Shown one piece after another: positions 55,412-64,000 of a stretch of DNA of 64,000 nt; positions within the stretch are counted from its first letter, which is position 1; every line of letters starts with the position of its first letter. The stretch lies in assembly GCA_021731405.1 (NCBI GenBank), contig JAKFXN010000001.1, positions 29,857 to 93,856 of the forward strand. Reading direction: 5' to 3'. This DNA is from Candidatus Parcubacteria bacterium. GTDB lineage: Bacteria; Patescibacteriota; Minisyncoccia; Phycocordibacterales; UBA918. The notes below the pieces were generated by a model. That model saw only the letters and a list, made by a program, of their open reading frames with translations. It was not told where the DNA came from and did no database searches. A program made the position numbers and the translations under genes.

Positions 55412-56842
55412 TTAAGCTTTTCTCGCCTCTTCCAGTCGCTGCTTAAGCAACTCCTGCAGTAATGCTGGGTTAGCAGTTCCGCGACTTTTCTTCATTCCTT
55501 GTCCAATCATAAACTGGATGGAGGCTTCCTTACCGGCATAGTACTCTGCGACCACAGCTTCATTTTCGACCAAGATTGAGTCAATTATCTCCAATAGTGC
55601 ACTTGGATCAGATGACTGGAGTAAACCCCTCTCTGACGCAATTTTGAGCGGACTAGCGTCTGCAAAAAGGAGTTCCTTAAGAAGGTCTTTTGCCACTCTT
55701 GAGTTTACTCTGTTGTCACTCACCATCTCCATAAGCTCAGCAAAATGCTCACCTGATAATTGAAGTTTCTCTTCTGGTCGAGCACTCATCTCAGCCAGCG
55801 CGTCAGAGGTAAGATAGTTGGCAGCGTTCTTCAACACTTCACTGCCTACAGCGGGTATAGAGGTGAGGTAAGAAAAATATGCATCTATCTCTTTGAGACT
55901 AATGAGTAGTTCAATCTGTTTACTCGGCAAACCGATATTTGCATACTTTTCCCTTTTATTACTTGGCAATTCGGGCATTATCTCGGATAGGCGAGACTCT
56001 GAGAAATATGGGTTTTCACTGGTAATTATTTTTGGAATATCTGGGTCTGGGAAATAACGGTAATCTTTTGCTGTTTCTTTTGTTCGTTGTGTGTAGGTCC
56101 TTAATTTTACCTCGTCCCATCCTCTTGTCTCCTGATTTATAGCCTTTCCAGCCTCCAAATCAGCAATCTGGCGCGCTACTTCAAAGGCAATTGCGCTTTC
56201 TACCGAGCGAAATGAGTTTAAATTCTTCACTTCAACCTTGGTGCCGAGATTCTCGTCTTTGCTTACCGATATGTTGGCTTCGACACGCATCTCCCCTCGC
56301 TCCATCTGAGCATTTGAAATCCCAAGGGTCTTAAGCAAAAGTTGCAATTCACGGGCAAACCTTCCCGCTGTTTCAGCATCATGAATGACAGGCTCGGTGA
56401 CAAGTTCCATAAGTGGTACTCCCGCTCGGTTAAAATCTACCAAACTTACGCCATCATGTTCATGCTGACTTCGAGCAGTATCTTCTTCCAAATGCACTCG
56501 AGTAAGCTCAACTCCACAAAGAGATCCCCCCGTTAAAAACGGAAAAGCATACTGACTTATCTGATAGGCTTTTGGAATGTCAGGATAGAAATAATTTTTT
56601 CTATCAAACTCAGAGAAATTTGCGCGTTTAGCTCCGACAGCTTGTCCGAACAAAAGTACCTTCGCAATTGCTTCCTCATTTGGTACAGGAAGTGATCCGG
56701 GATGCGCCAGACACACGGGACAGGTATAGGCATTTGGTTCTCCCTCATGCGGGTCATTTTTACACCCACAAAACATCTTACTTTTGGTGTGAAGCTCAGC
56801 ATGGACTTCAAGTCCGATAGTCGTTTTGTAGGTCTGACTCAT
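55412..56842 (-). CDS. gatB: Aspartyl/glutamyl-tRNA(Asn/Gln) amidotransferase subunit B
   Basis: MSQTYKTTIGLEVHAELHTKSKMFCGC... is a canonical GatB. Confidence 0.92.
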   Translation of the reverse strand: MSQTYKTTIGLEVHAELHTKSKMFCGCKNDPHEGEPNAYTCPVCLAHPGSLPVPNEEAIAKVLLFGQAVGAKRANFSEFDRKNYFYPDIPKAYQISQYAFPFLTGGSLCGVELTRVHLEEDTARSQHEHDGVSLVDFNRAGVPLMELVTEPVIHDAETAGRFARELQLLLKTLGISNAQMERGEMRVEANISVSKDENLGTKVEVKNLNSFRSVESAIAFEVARQIADLEAGKAINQETRGWDEVKLRTYTQRTKETAKDYRYFPDPDIPKIITSENPYFSESRLSEIMPELPSNKREKYANIGLPSKQIELLISLKEIDAYFSYLTSIPAVGSEVLKNAANYLTSDALAEMSARPEEKLQLSGEHFAELMEMVSDNRVNSRVAKDLLKELLFADASPLKIASERGLLQSSDPSALLEIIDSILVENEAVVAEYYAGKEASIQFMIGQGMKKSRGTANPALLQELLKQRLEEARKA

Positions 56843-56920
56843 AAATAATAGTGATTTAAAAATGATAAAGAATGAACCTGGAGACCAGGTTCACAATGTG
56901 CTCTATTTACACTAGATATT

Positions 56921-57889
56921 TTACGATTGTCTGAGGTGTTGTACAAGCGAATCACGTAGTTCTTTCACTCCCTCACCCGTTTCTGTGGAGATTACAAACA
57001 CACGATTCTCATTTTTGTCAATATCTTTGAGCAAGCTCTCTAGATAGCTTTGATTTACAAGGTCCTTTTTAGTTAAAATAATCCACTCATCCTTCTCTGT
57101 AAGCTCCTTACTGAAGGCCGCAAGCTCTTTTCTAATGGTCTCGTAACGAGAAAGTGCATCTTCGGACTCAAGCGATACGAGATGAAGGAGCATTTTTGTA
57201 CGACTTACGTGTCGCAAAAAGGTGTATCCGAGACCCTTCCCTGCTGCAGCGCCTTCAATAAGACCTGGGATATCAGCAATTGTGTACCCGTAAAAATCTC
57301 CGAGGTGAGGCTCAAGTGTAGTAAAAGGAAAAGCACCAATTTTTGAACGCGCATTTGTGAAAGTATTGAGGAGTGTCGACTTGCCTGCGTTTGGCATTCC
57401 AATCAATCCGACATCAACCACTAGAGAAAGAGCGATCTCAAGTTCACCTTCTTCACCAGCTCTTCCGAGAGTACTCTCTTCTGGAGAACGATTGGTAGCA
57501 GATTTAAAATGTTCATTACCGAGACCCCCACCACCTCCCTTGAATACACGTTCAACCTGGCCTTCTTCGAGAAGCTCATATGTTCTCCCTCGCTCCCTAT
57601 CAGTAATAAACGAACCGACAGGCACATCAATGTAGAGGTCTTCCCCATTTCTACCAAAAAGACTTCCGGCTCCGCCACTCACTCCTGACTCAGCTTCGAA
57701 TGCTTTTGAGCCGGTGTACTTAGCGAGGAGGTTTACATCACGAACCGCTCGGAGAATAATGTCTCCTCCCTTTCCGCCGTTACCACCAGCTGGTCCAGCC
57801 ATCGGTCGAAACTTTTCGTGTCGCCAGCGAGTTACGCCGTCGCCGCCGTTTCCAGCTTTTGCATAAATTGTAAGTTGATCAACAAACAT
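56921..57889 (-). CDS. obg: GTPase Obg
   Basis: MFVDQLTIYAKAGNGGDG (Obg fold) and G domain GLIGMPNAGKSTLLN. The start was set at the MFVDQ ATG; an upstream GTG is the alternative. Confidence 0.9.
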   Translation of the reverse strand: MFVDQLTIYAKAGNGGDGVTRWRHEKFRPMAGPAGGNGGKGGDIILRAVRDVNLLAKYTGSKAFEAESGVSGGAGSLFGRNGEDLYIDVPVGSFITDRERGRTYELLEEGQVERVFKGGGGGLGNEHFKSATNRSPEESTLGRAGEEGELEIALSLVVDVGLIGMPNAGKSTLLNTFTNARSKIGAFPFTTLEPHLGDFYGYTIADIPGLIEGAAAGKGLGYTFLRHVSRTKMLLHLVSLESEDALSRYETIRKELAAFSKELTEKDEWIILTKKDLVNQSYLESLLKDIDKNENRVFVISTETGEGVKELRDSLVQHLRQS

Positions 57890-58076
57890 GACCCATAGTG
57901 ATACCACAAATATTTTGTGCTGTACAGAATAATCCTCAATCGCTATCTATATAAGTATGCTCACTTTTTGTTACTCATATAAAACAAAACCACCTGCTAG
58001 AGGTGGTTTTGTTTGTACTTTGTCTTTTCCTGAACGTCTCGGCTTACCAGTATACCTATTAAAATATAGGGATACC

Positions 58077-58409
58077 TTAAATATATTTATTGAGAAGTGT
58101 GCTAGCTGCAGAAACTATGAGAGAGCCTAAGAGGGCATGCCAGAAACTGGCGACCGTAAAACCATCGATAAACGTTGCGGCAAAAAAGAATAACGCGGCG
58201 TTGATAACGAAGACAAACAGCCCTAAGGTGACAATGGTTATCGGGAACGTAAGGATAAGCAGAATTGGTCTTACGATCGTATTTAAGAGTCCAAGGATTA
58301 TGGCGGCTATGAGAGCGGCGTAGAATCCTGTCACCTCAATTCCTGGAATATACTCTGCAACAATCAGAAGTACGAGGGCGGTCAAGAGTAAGCGAGTGAT
58401 TAATTTCAT
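58077..58409 (-). CDS. Phage-holin-family / DUF360 (YvlD-like) small membrane protein
   Basis: 110 aa, 3-4 TM helices, pattern PGI.V.GF..A.IAA.ILG.LN..V.P.L..L..P.T..TLG. Confidence 0.6.
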   Translation of the reverse strand: MKLITRLLLTALVLLIVAEYIPGIEVTGFYAALIAAIILGLLNTIVRPILLILTFPITIVTLGLFVFVINAALFFFAATFIDGFTVASFWHALLGSLIVSAASTLLNKYI

Positions 58410-58420
58410 ATTTTATTGTA

Positions 58421-60943
58421 TTACTTTGAAATAATCTTCCATGTTCCAGTAGACAAAAGTGTCTCTGCTTTTTTGTATTTTACCACTTGTGTCTCTGTGC
58501 CATCTGAAATAGTTACGAGGTCGTTTCGCCCAATAGTGTTTGTAGCTTTTGCCGGTCCGCTCACTTTCTTCTTTTCTCCTGTCTCACCCGCTGCTGCCTG
58601 AGCTGCTTCTGATTGTTGCTTCATCACCGCTTCTTCGCGCTCAACAATAACCGGTTGTAATTTTGGAAGTACTTCTGCGATACGCATCAAAATGACCTGC
58701 TGCATTTCTTTGAAGAGACGAGTTCCTTCTTTTCGGTATTCGATGAGAGGGTCCCGCTGACCGTAGGCCCGTAAATTTACACTTGAGCGTGTGTACGCCA
58801 TTACCTCAAGATGTTCTACCCAAAGGGTGTCGATCATCTGGAGCGCCAGTCGTCTGAAGAGATTCCTAAATACCGCGACACCTAGCTCATTTGCCTTAGA
58901 CTCAATCGCGGAGGCACTTTCTTCGCTTATATCTTTTATCTCAGTGAGGAGGGTGTCTATTTCTGCCTCATCCCCTACCAAAAGTTTGTGTCGCCGAGCA
59001 TAGACTAACATACGCTGTTGGTTGAGCACGTCGTCATACGCCAAGATTTGCTTGCGAGCGTCAAAGTGGAAACCTTCGATACGTGTCTGTGCACTTTCAA
59101 GGGTACTAGCCAGCATCTTCATTTCAATTGGTTGATCTTCTGGAATACCAAAGGTACCCATGAGGTTTTTGACTCGCTCTCCCCCGAAGACACGCATCAG
59201 GCTATCTTCCATTGATACATAGAACTGAGTCTCTCCAGTGTCACCTTGACGGCCTGAACGACCACGAAGCTGGTTATCAATGCGTCGTGCCTCATGACGC
59301 TCTGTACCGAGCACAAACAGGCCTCCTAAGGCCTTTACAGCCTCTGCTTGCTCCTTAGTAGCTTCTGGGCCACCAAGCTTAATGTCCACTCCACGGCCAG
59401 CCATGTTGGTAGCAAGTGTTACAGCGGAGATGCGTCCGGCAGCTGCAATAATCTCTCCTTCTCGTTCGTGATTCTTGGCATTAAGCATTTGGTGTACTAC
59501 CCCCGCTTGAGTGAGCGCCGTTGAGAGACGTTCGTTTGATTCGATAGAAGCAGTACCGATAAGAATCGGTTGTCCTTTTTTATTGATTTCTTTTACCTTT
59601 GAGATAATAGCCGTGAACTTTCCCTTTTCGTTTTGGTAGATAAGATCCGTGTGGTCGAGTCGGGCAATCGGGCGATTGGTTGGAATTGGAATAACTTCCA
59701 GTTTGTATACCGTAAAAAATTCTTCTTGAGAAGTGAGTGCTGTACCAGTCATACCAGACAGTTTCTCGTACATACGGAAGTAGTTTTGGTACGTGATAGA
59801 AGCAAAGGTCTTTGACTCTTTTTGTATCGCCACCCCTTCTTTAGCCTCTACAGCCTGATGGAGCCCATCTGACCAACGACGGCCTGGTTGGAGTCGGCCG
59901 GTAAATTCATCGACAATAACTACCTCGCCATCACGCACCACATATTCTTTATCTTTTGTATAAAGCGCTTTTGCCCTAACAGCTGTTTCAAGGTGATGAA
60001 CGTACTTAATCCCTTTTTCCGTATAGATATTATCAATACCGAGCATCTTCTCAGCCGCTTCAATACCACCGTCGGTGAGTGTTGCACTCTTTAACTTTTC
60101 ATCAATAGTGTAGTGTGTCTCGTGCTTCAAATCGCGGGCAATACCAGCAAAAAGGCCATAGAGGTTTTCTGAATCATTAGCGGGAGCGGAGATAATAAGC
60201 GGTGTACGCGCTTCATCAATCAGGATAGAGTCGATTTCGTCGATAATAGCGTACGCATGACCGCGCTGACGAAGATGCTCTGCCTCGTATTCAATATTGT
60301 CGCGCAGGAAGTCGAAGCCAAACTCACTGTTTGTTCCGTAGGTAATATCAGCTGCGTATGCTTCTTGTCGTGTGCACGGGCGCAAAAACTCATACACAAT
60401 CTTGTATGAACCAACAGCATCTCGCACGGCGTCCACTTCAAGGTGTGCAGGATCGTATACGTATGAAGCATCGTGATTGATGACTCCAACTGAAAGTCCG
60501 AGAGCGGCATAAATCTGCCCCATCCAAACCGCGTCGCGACGAGAAAGGTAGTCGTTAACGGTTACCACATGCACTCCTTCACCCTTTAGTGCATTGAGAT
60601 AGCCTGGAAGCGTCCCTACAAGCGTCTTACCTTCTCCTGTACGCATCTCAGTTATATTGCCCCGATGCAGAATAATCCCACCAATAAGCTGCACGTCGTA
60701 GTGTCTGAGGCCAAGAGTACGCTTAGCTGATTCACGAGTAAGTGCAAAGGCATCTACAAGAAGATCGTCTACTGTCTCTCCTTTTGCGAGCCGCTCTTTA
60801 AGAAGACTTGTCTGCTTTGGCAGATCTTCGAGTGCCAAGGCTTCAAACTCAGCCTCTTTAGCATTAATAGCCGCCACAAGCGGACTAACTGATTTAAGCT
60901 CTTTTTCGTAGGTTGGGCCGAAGAATTTATCTAAAAATGACAT
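58421..60943 (-). CDS. secA: Preprotein translocase ATPase SecA
   Basis: 840 aa with DEAD motor motifs, a preprotein cross-linking domain and a helical scaffold. Confidence 0.95.
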   Translation of the reverse strand: MSFLDKFFGPTYEKELKSVSPLVAAINAKEAEFEALALEDLPKQTSLLKERLAKGETVDDLLVDAFALTRESAKRTLGLRHYDVQLIGGIILHRGNITEMRTGEGKTLVGTLPGYLNALKGEGVHVVTVNDYLSRRDAVWMGQIYAALGLSVGVINHDASYVYDPAHLEVDAVRDAVGSYKIVYEFLRPCTRQEAYAADITYGTNSEFGFDFLRDNIEYEAEHLRQRGHAYAIIDEIDSILIDEARTPLIISAPANDSENLYGLFAGIARDLKHETHYTIDEKLKSATLTDGGIEAAEKMLGIDNIYTEKGIKYVHHLETAVRAKALYTKDKEYVVRDGEVVIVDEFTGRLQPGRRWSDGLHQAVEAKEGVAIQKESKTFASITYQNYFRMYEKLSGMTGTALTSQEEFFTVYKLEVIPIPTNRPIARLDHTDLIYQNEKGKFTAIISKVKEINKKGQPILIGTASIESNERLSTALTQAGVVHQMLNAKNHEREGEIIAAAGRISAVTLATNMAGRGVDIKLGGPEATKEQAEAVKALGGLFVLGTERHEARRIDNQLRGRSGRQGDTGETQFYVSMEDSLMRVFGGERVKNLMGTFGIPEDQPIEMKMLASTLESAQTRIEGFHFDARKQILAYDDVLNQQRMLVYARRHKLLVGDEAEIDTLLTEIKDISEESASAIESKANELGVAVFRNLFRRLALQMIDTLWVEHLEVMAYTRSSVNLRAYGQRDPLIEYRKEGTRLFKEMQQVILMRIAEVLPKLQPVIVEREEAVMKQQSEAAQAAAGETGEKKKVSGPAKATNTIGRNDLVTISDGTETQVVKYKKAETLLSTGTWKIISK

Positions 60944-60979
60944 AGTGGAGCTAGTATATACGCACTGACTTATAAATAC

Positions 60980-61009
60980 AAAAAAGCAAAATCGCCTCTA
61001 AAGGCGATT
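60980..61009 (-). terminator. Intrinsic terminator downstream of the lysine-rich small gene (AATCGCC-tctaaa-GGCGATT, followed on the minus strand by TTTGCTTTTTTGT)
   Basis: 7-bp hairpin plus a T-rich tract on the minus strand. Confidence 0.55.
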
Positions 61010-61054
61010 ATGCTATAAGTTTTATCGGTAAATGGATTACTCCATTTACAGCGA

Positions 61055-61210
61055 TTACTTTTTTGCTTTCTTCTTTGGAGCAGCTTTCTTTGCAGTCTTC
61101 TTTACTGCCTTCTTAGCTACCTTCTTCACAGCCTTCTTGACAGTCTTCTTTACTGCCTTCTTGACAGTCTTCTTTGCGGTCTTCTTTACTGCCTTTTTCT
61201 TTGTTGCCAT
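61055..61210 (-). CDS. Lysine-rich histone-H1-like small basic protein (51 aa: MATKKKAVKKTAKKTVKKAVKKTVKKAVKKVAKKAVKKTAKKAAPKKKAKK)
   Basis: Translated by hand from the minus strand. It is absent from the ORF track (under 60 aa). The listed +strand ORF 61032..61232 (Phe-rich) is its antisense artefact. ATG start and TAA stop. Confidence 0.6.
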   Translation of the reverse strand: MATKKKAVKKTAKKTVKKAVKKTVKKAVKKVAKKAVKKTAKKAAPKKKAKK

Positions 61211-61314
61211 AAAAATGTGGTGGGAGTATTAGTGAATAAAATTCGACCGCAACACCTTCTCGATTTGAAAGAACAATTCGGAGAGAGAAGATATTTGCTT
61301 ACATATATTATCGC

Positions 61315-61333
61315 GTGTAAAAAAATTTTACAC
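61315..61333. promoter_or_regulatory. Perfect inverted repeat GTGTAAAA-aaa-TTTTACAC upstream of the lysine-rich gene (candidate operator)
   Basis: 8-bp arms, about 105 bp upstream of the minus-strand start codon. Confidence 0.3.
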
Positions 61334-61366
61334 AATCACTTTTTTTAAAACTGTGTGTGGATAAAT

Positions 61367-61416
61367 AAAAGCGTGAAAAAGTTTTTATAAAATCTTTTTC
61401 ACGCTTTTATTTTTTA
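61367..61416 (-). terminator. Intrinsic terminator downstream of murB (AAAAGCGTGAAAAAG...CTTTTTCACGCTTTT plus a T-run)
   Basis: 15-bp arms with flanking A- and T-runs. Confidence 0.75.
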
Positions 61417-61441
61417 AAAAATATTTTTGTTGATACTTTTT

Positions 61442-62470
61442 TTATTTTGTTTCGATGTACTGCACTTCTGGAGTGATGATAATTTTTGTTTTTCGAAACA
61501 CAACGTCAATAATTGTTTGTGCAAATTTTTTGATTTCTTCAGTAGACGCATCTCCATAATTTACTAATACGAGCGCCTGTTGTTCGTAGAGTCCGACATT
61601 GCCATACCGTATCCCTTTAAGCCTACACACCTTATCGAGCACGTATCCTAAGGGTATTTTAAACATTCCCATACCAGCCTCATACATTGGGAGCTCAGGG
61701 AATTGTTTCTTAAGCGTATCTGCATGCTCCTCATCAATGACTGGATTTTTAAAAAATGAACCAGCAGTGCCGATCACATTCCAGTCTGGAAACTTTTCGC
61801 TACGAATAGAAATAATTGCTTCACGAACTTTTACGAGAGTTGGTTCTTCACCGAGAAATCTTTTTTGTAGATCAGCGTAAGCAATTTTTGGTGTCGAATT
61901 TTTCTTTAGACGAATGTACACAGTTGTGATGAAATATTTTTTTCCTTTATCAGTTTTGAAAAATGATTCACGATATGCAAATTCACACTCCTCAACTGAA
62001 AAATATTTTACTGAAAGTTCCTTCATGTCATACACATCTACACCAACAATCACGTTACTCATTTCGACTCCATACGCTCCGACATTTTGGACAGGTGTCG
62101 CTCCAACAGTACCCGGAATTGCTGAAAGGTTTTCTAGACCCCAGTACCCTTTTTGTACAGTCTCACTGACCACCTCATCAAACACCTCCCCTGCACCGGC
62201 TTCGAGAATAATCTCGTCTTCCGTCTCCTCTAGATACGACACTCCTTTAAGCTGATTGAGGATAACTACACCCGCAAAACCCTCGTCAGGTACCAATATA
62301 TTTGAACCTCCTCCAATCACGAGGTACGAGAGTTTCTTTTCCGCAATAAAGCGTGCTGCTTCCTCTAGTTCAGCGAGATTGGTGACAGTTAGTACATAGC
62401 GCGCAACACCACCTGTTTTTAAGGTGGTGTATGGCTTAAGCGCTATATTTTCTTGAATTAAAAGCGACAT
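61442..62470 (-). CDS. murB: UDP-N-acetylenolpyruvoylglucosamine reductase
   Basis: FAD-binding PCMH domain (TLKTGGVARYVLTV...VIGGGSNILV) and a MurB C-terminal domain. The start was set at the internal ATG (62470). Confidence 0.85.
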   Translation of the reverse strand: MSLLIQENIALKPYTTLKTGGVARYVLTVTNLAELEEAARFIAEKKLSYLVIGGGSNILVPDEGFAGVVILNQLKGVSYLEETEDEIILEAGAGEVFDEVVSETVQKGYWGLENLSAIPGTVGATPVQNVGAYGVEMSNVIVGVDVYDMKELSVKYFSVEECEFAYRESFFKTDKGKKYFITTVYIRLKKNSTPKIAYADLQKRFLGEEPTLVKVREAIISIRSEKFPDWNVIGTAGSFFKNPVIDEEHADTLKKQFPELPMYEAGMGMFKIPLGYVLDKVCRLKGIRYGNVGLYEQQALVLVNYGDASTEEIKKFAQTIIDVVFRKTKIIITPEVQYIETK

Positions 62471-62477
62471 AGGGCTT

Positions 62478-63998
62478 TTATTGGCAACCGAGCTGAGGCT
62501 CTCGGCCGGCCTCAATGTTATCTGCAATACAATTGGCAGAGAGCGTAAACTTAGGAATCTTACGTCCTGCCTCCCTCAGCGTCTCTACGGCTGAGGCTGT
62601 ATCTCCTGCTTGGTTATACAAGAACGCGAGCGAAGCCCAGTCTTGTTCATTCTCTGGGTTTTGGTCAATCCGAGCCTTGTAGAGTTCTATCATAAAGAGG
62701 AAGTCTCCTGCTTGATTCACGGTATTAATCAGAAAATCATTGAGTGCAAAACGATTAAGCTGAATTTCATTGGTCACGAGCTTCTTCGCCTCCTCGCCTT
62801 CACCATTTAAGAAAAGCATCGCTGCATAAAACTCACGCGCTTCATTGTTTCGGGTATCAAGATCAAGTGCTTCTTTAAACAAGTCACGCGCGAGTGGGAT
62901 ATTACCCTGACTATACGCAATAATTGCCTGCTGTGAGATGATTGACTGTTTTTTTGGTGATAAATCACGCGCTATATTCATGTGTGTGGTAGCTGCCTCT
63001 AAGTCCCCAATAGCACGGTAAAATGAACCTATAAAGACGTGAATACGGGCATCTCCCGGCTTATCAATAGCCAATTGCCGCAATTCACTCTCAGCTAAAG
63101 CAACATACTGACCCCGAATCTCTTCAGACACATTTGGGTCTCGCACCACACCCATTGCCTGCTGCGCTACCTGCTCAGCAAGCTCTTGCTTTGCAAATGA
63201 ACCCCGCTCAGTGGCGACTCTGAAGGCAGCCAACTTGTCAGCCGGAGTGGCCGCCCGATAACCGTCAATAATATCTTTTGCGGCATTCATATTTGGCACA
63301 TGCATGGTGTAGATAAGTGCAACCACAACCACCGCAGCAACCGGTGCCACAAACTGTACTACTAGCTGCCTATCCATCTTAAACGAATCAATTTTTGGCA
63401 ATCTAATTCCCACTCGACTATGGATGAGAGCAAGAATGAGGGCAAAGAATAGATAACTGACGATATTATCGAACACCACAAGGTTGTGGGTGAAGTACCC
63501 CGCCAAAATACCAAGAAGCACTCCCCGCTCCAACACCGTAAATTGGTCTTCTCCTTTCTTAAGTAACGGTGCGACAAATATATAATACACACAAGCAGCG
63601 AAGATTGAGAGGTACGCTATAAGGCCCAAGAACCCACCGGCTATCAACCAGTCCATAAAGATATTGTGCGCTCTATCAAACCACTGCTCTTGATCAAACA
63701 AAAACGGCTTATACTTCTCGTTAAAAACGTAATTGAAGTTACCTTGTCCATAGCCAAGCAGTGGCCGTTCTTTCACCCCTTCCCACGCCATGCCCCAGAT
63801 AGTACCGCGTACTCTAAGGTCATTCCCAAGATCAATATTTGCTACACGGGCAAGGTTTGGATTATCTTGAATGAAGTCAGTATCCTTACCTAAAATAAGC
63901 GTTCCAGCGCCTAAAATAAGGACAATGAACGCTCCGATCGCATAGCGGCGAAACTCTTTGTACTTTGAACCAAAGAGCATAATATACGTCACCATCAC
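62478..63998 (-). CDS. O-antigen-ligase (Wzy_C)-family membrane protein fused to C-terminal TPR repeats; N-terminus lies beyond the window edge
   Basis: Multi-TM region, GYGQGNF motif and at least 6 TPR-like repeats at the C-terminus. The ORF runs off the window end. Confidence 0.7.
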   Translation of the reverse strand: MMVTYIMLFGSKYKEFRRYAIGAFIVLILGAGTLILGKDTDFIQDNPNLARVANIDLGNDLRVRGTIWGMAWEGVKERPLLGYGQGNFNYVFNEKYKPFLFDQEQWFDRAHNIFMDWLIAGGFLGLIAYLSIFAACVYYIFVAPLLKKGEDQFTVLERGVLLGILAGYFTHNLVVFDNIVSYLFFALILALIHSRVGIRLPKIDSFKMDRQLVVQFVAPVAAVVVVALIYTMHVPNMNAAKDIIDGYRAATPADKLAAFRVATERGSFAKQELAEQVAQQAMGVVRDPNVSEEIRGQYVALAESELRQLAIDKPGDARIHVFIGSFYRAIGDLEAATTHMNIARDLSPKKQSIISQQAIIAYSQGNIPLARDLFKEALDLDTRNNEAREFYAAMLFLNGEGEEAKKLVTNEIQLNRFALNDFLINTVNQAGDFLFMIELYKARIDQNPENEQDWASLAFLYNQAGDTASAVETLREAGRKIPKFTLSANCIADNIEAGREPQLGCQ

Positions 63999-64000
63999 CG

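Noticed and set aside
61032-61232. Plus-strand 66-aa Phe-rich ORF (MDYSIYSDYFFAFFF...)
   Set aside because: It is the antisense frame of the lysine-rich gene (AAG/AAA codons read as CTT/TTT). The minus-strand gene has proper start, stop and terminator.

Overview
The window is a gene-dense, mostly minus-strand stretch of a bacterial chromosome at roughly 45-48% GC. It uses the standard genetic code: Trp is TGG, and stops are TAA, TAG and TGA.

Most of the window is housekeeping. Recognised genes are rnc, a nusB-Nudix fusion, rpmF, rnhB, dnaE, a T-box leader followed by thrS, gyrB, pheT and pheS, one tRNA-Thr(UGU), tsf, rpsB, prfA, rpmE, rplY, a PfkB-family kinase, a gap-rpiB-rpe-split tkt pentose-phosphate operon, gatB, obg, secA and murB.

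Several of these have reduced architectures: ThrRS lacks the TGS domain, PheT lacks the tRNA-binding OB domain, PheS lacks its N-terminal arm, and transketolase is split into two genes. A sortase and several very large surface proteins are also present. Together this is consistent with, but does not prove, a small-genome Gram-positive-type or CPR/Saccharibacteria-like organism.

The most unusual region is a co-oriented locus of about 22 kb (33.5-55.3 kb) that looks like a cell-surface or adhesion system. It encodes:
- two paralogous membrane-anchored excisionase-type HTH proteins;
- a 3101-aa protein with phage tail-fibre-like repeats that carries near-identical internal DNA repeats;
- a 2040-aa LVIVD-type beta-propeller repeat protein;
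- a small/large/small trio resembling WxL/DUF916 surface-complex genes but lacking the Trp motifs;
- an Fn3-repeat surface protein.

A second surface module (8.5-14 kb) pairs a sortase with a 1143-aa Ig-repeat protein. That protein has an internal sorting-signal-like VPYTG-TM-KRD segment followed by a 290-aa domain.

Other notable items:
- a Thr-specific T-box whose UGGA bulge matches the discriminator U of the tRNA-Thr in this window;
- a tRNA-Thr flanked by several decayed copies of its own 3' end, which looks like integrase att scars;
- a 51-aa lysine-rich histone-H1-like gene missed by the ORF track;
- two unexplained noncoding elements.

No CRISPR array, integrase, transposase or rRNA was found.
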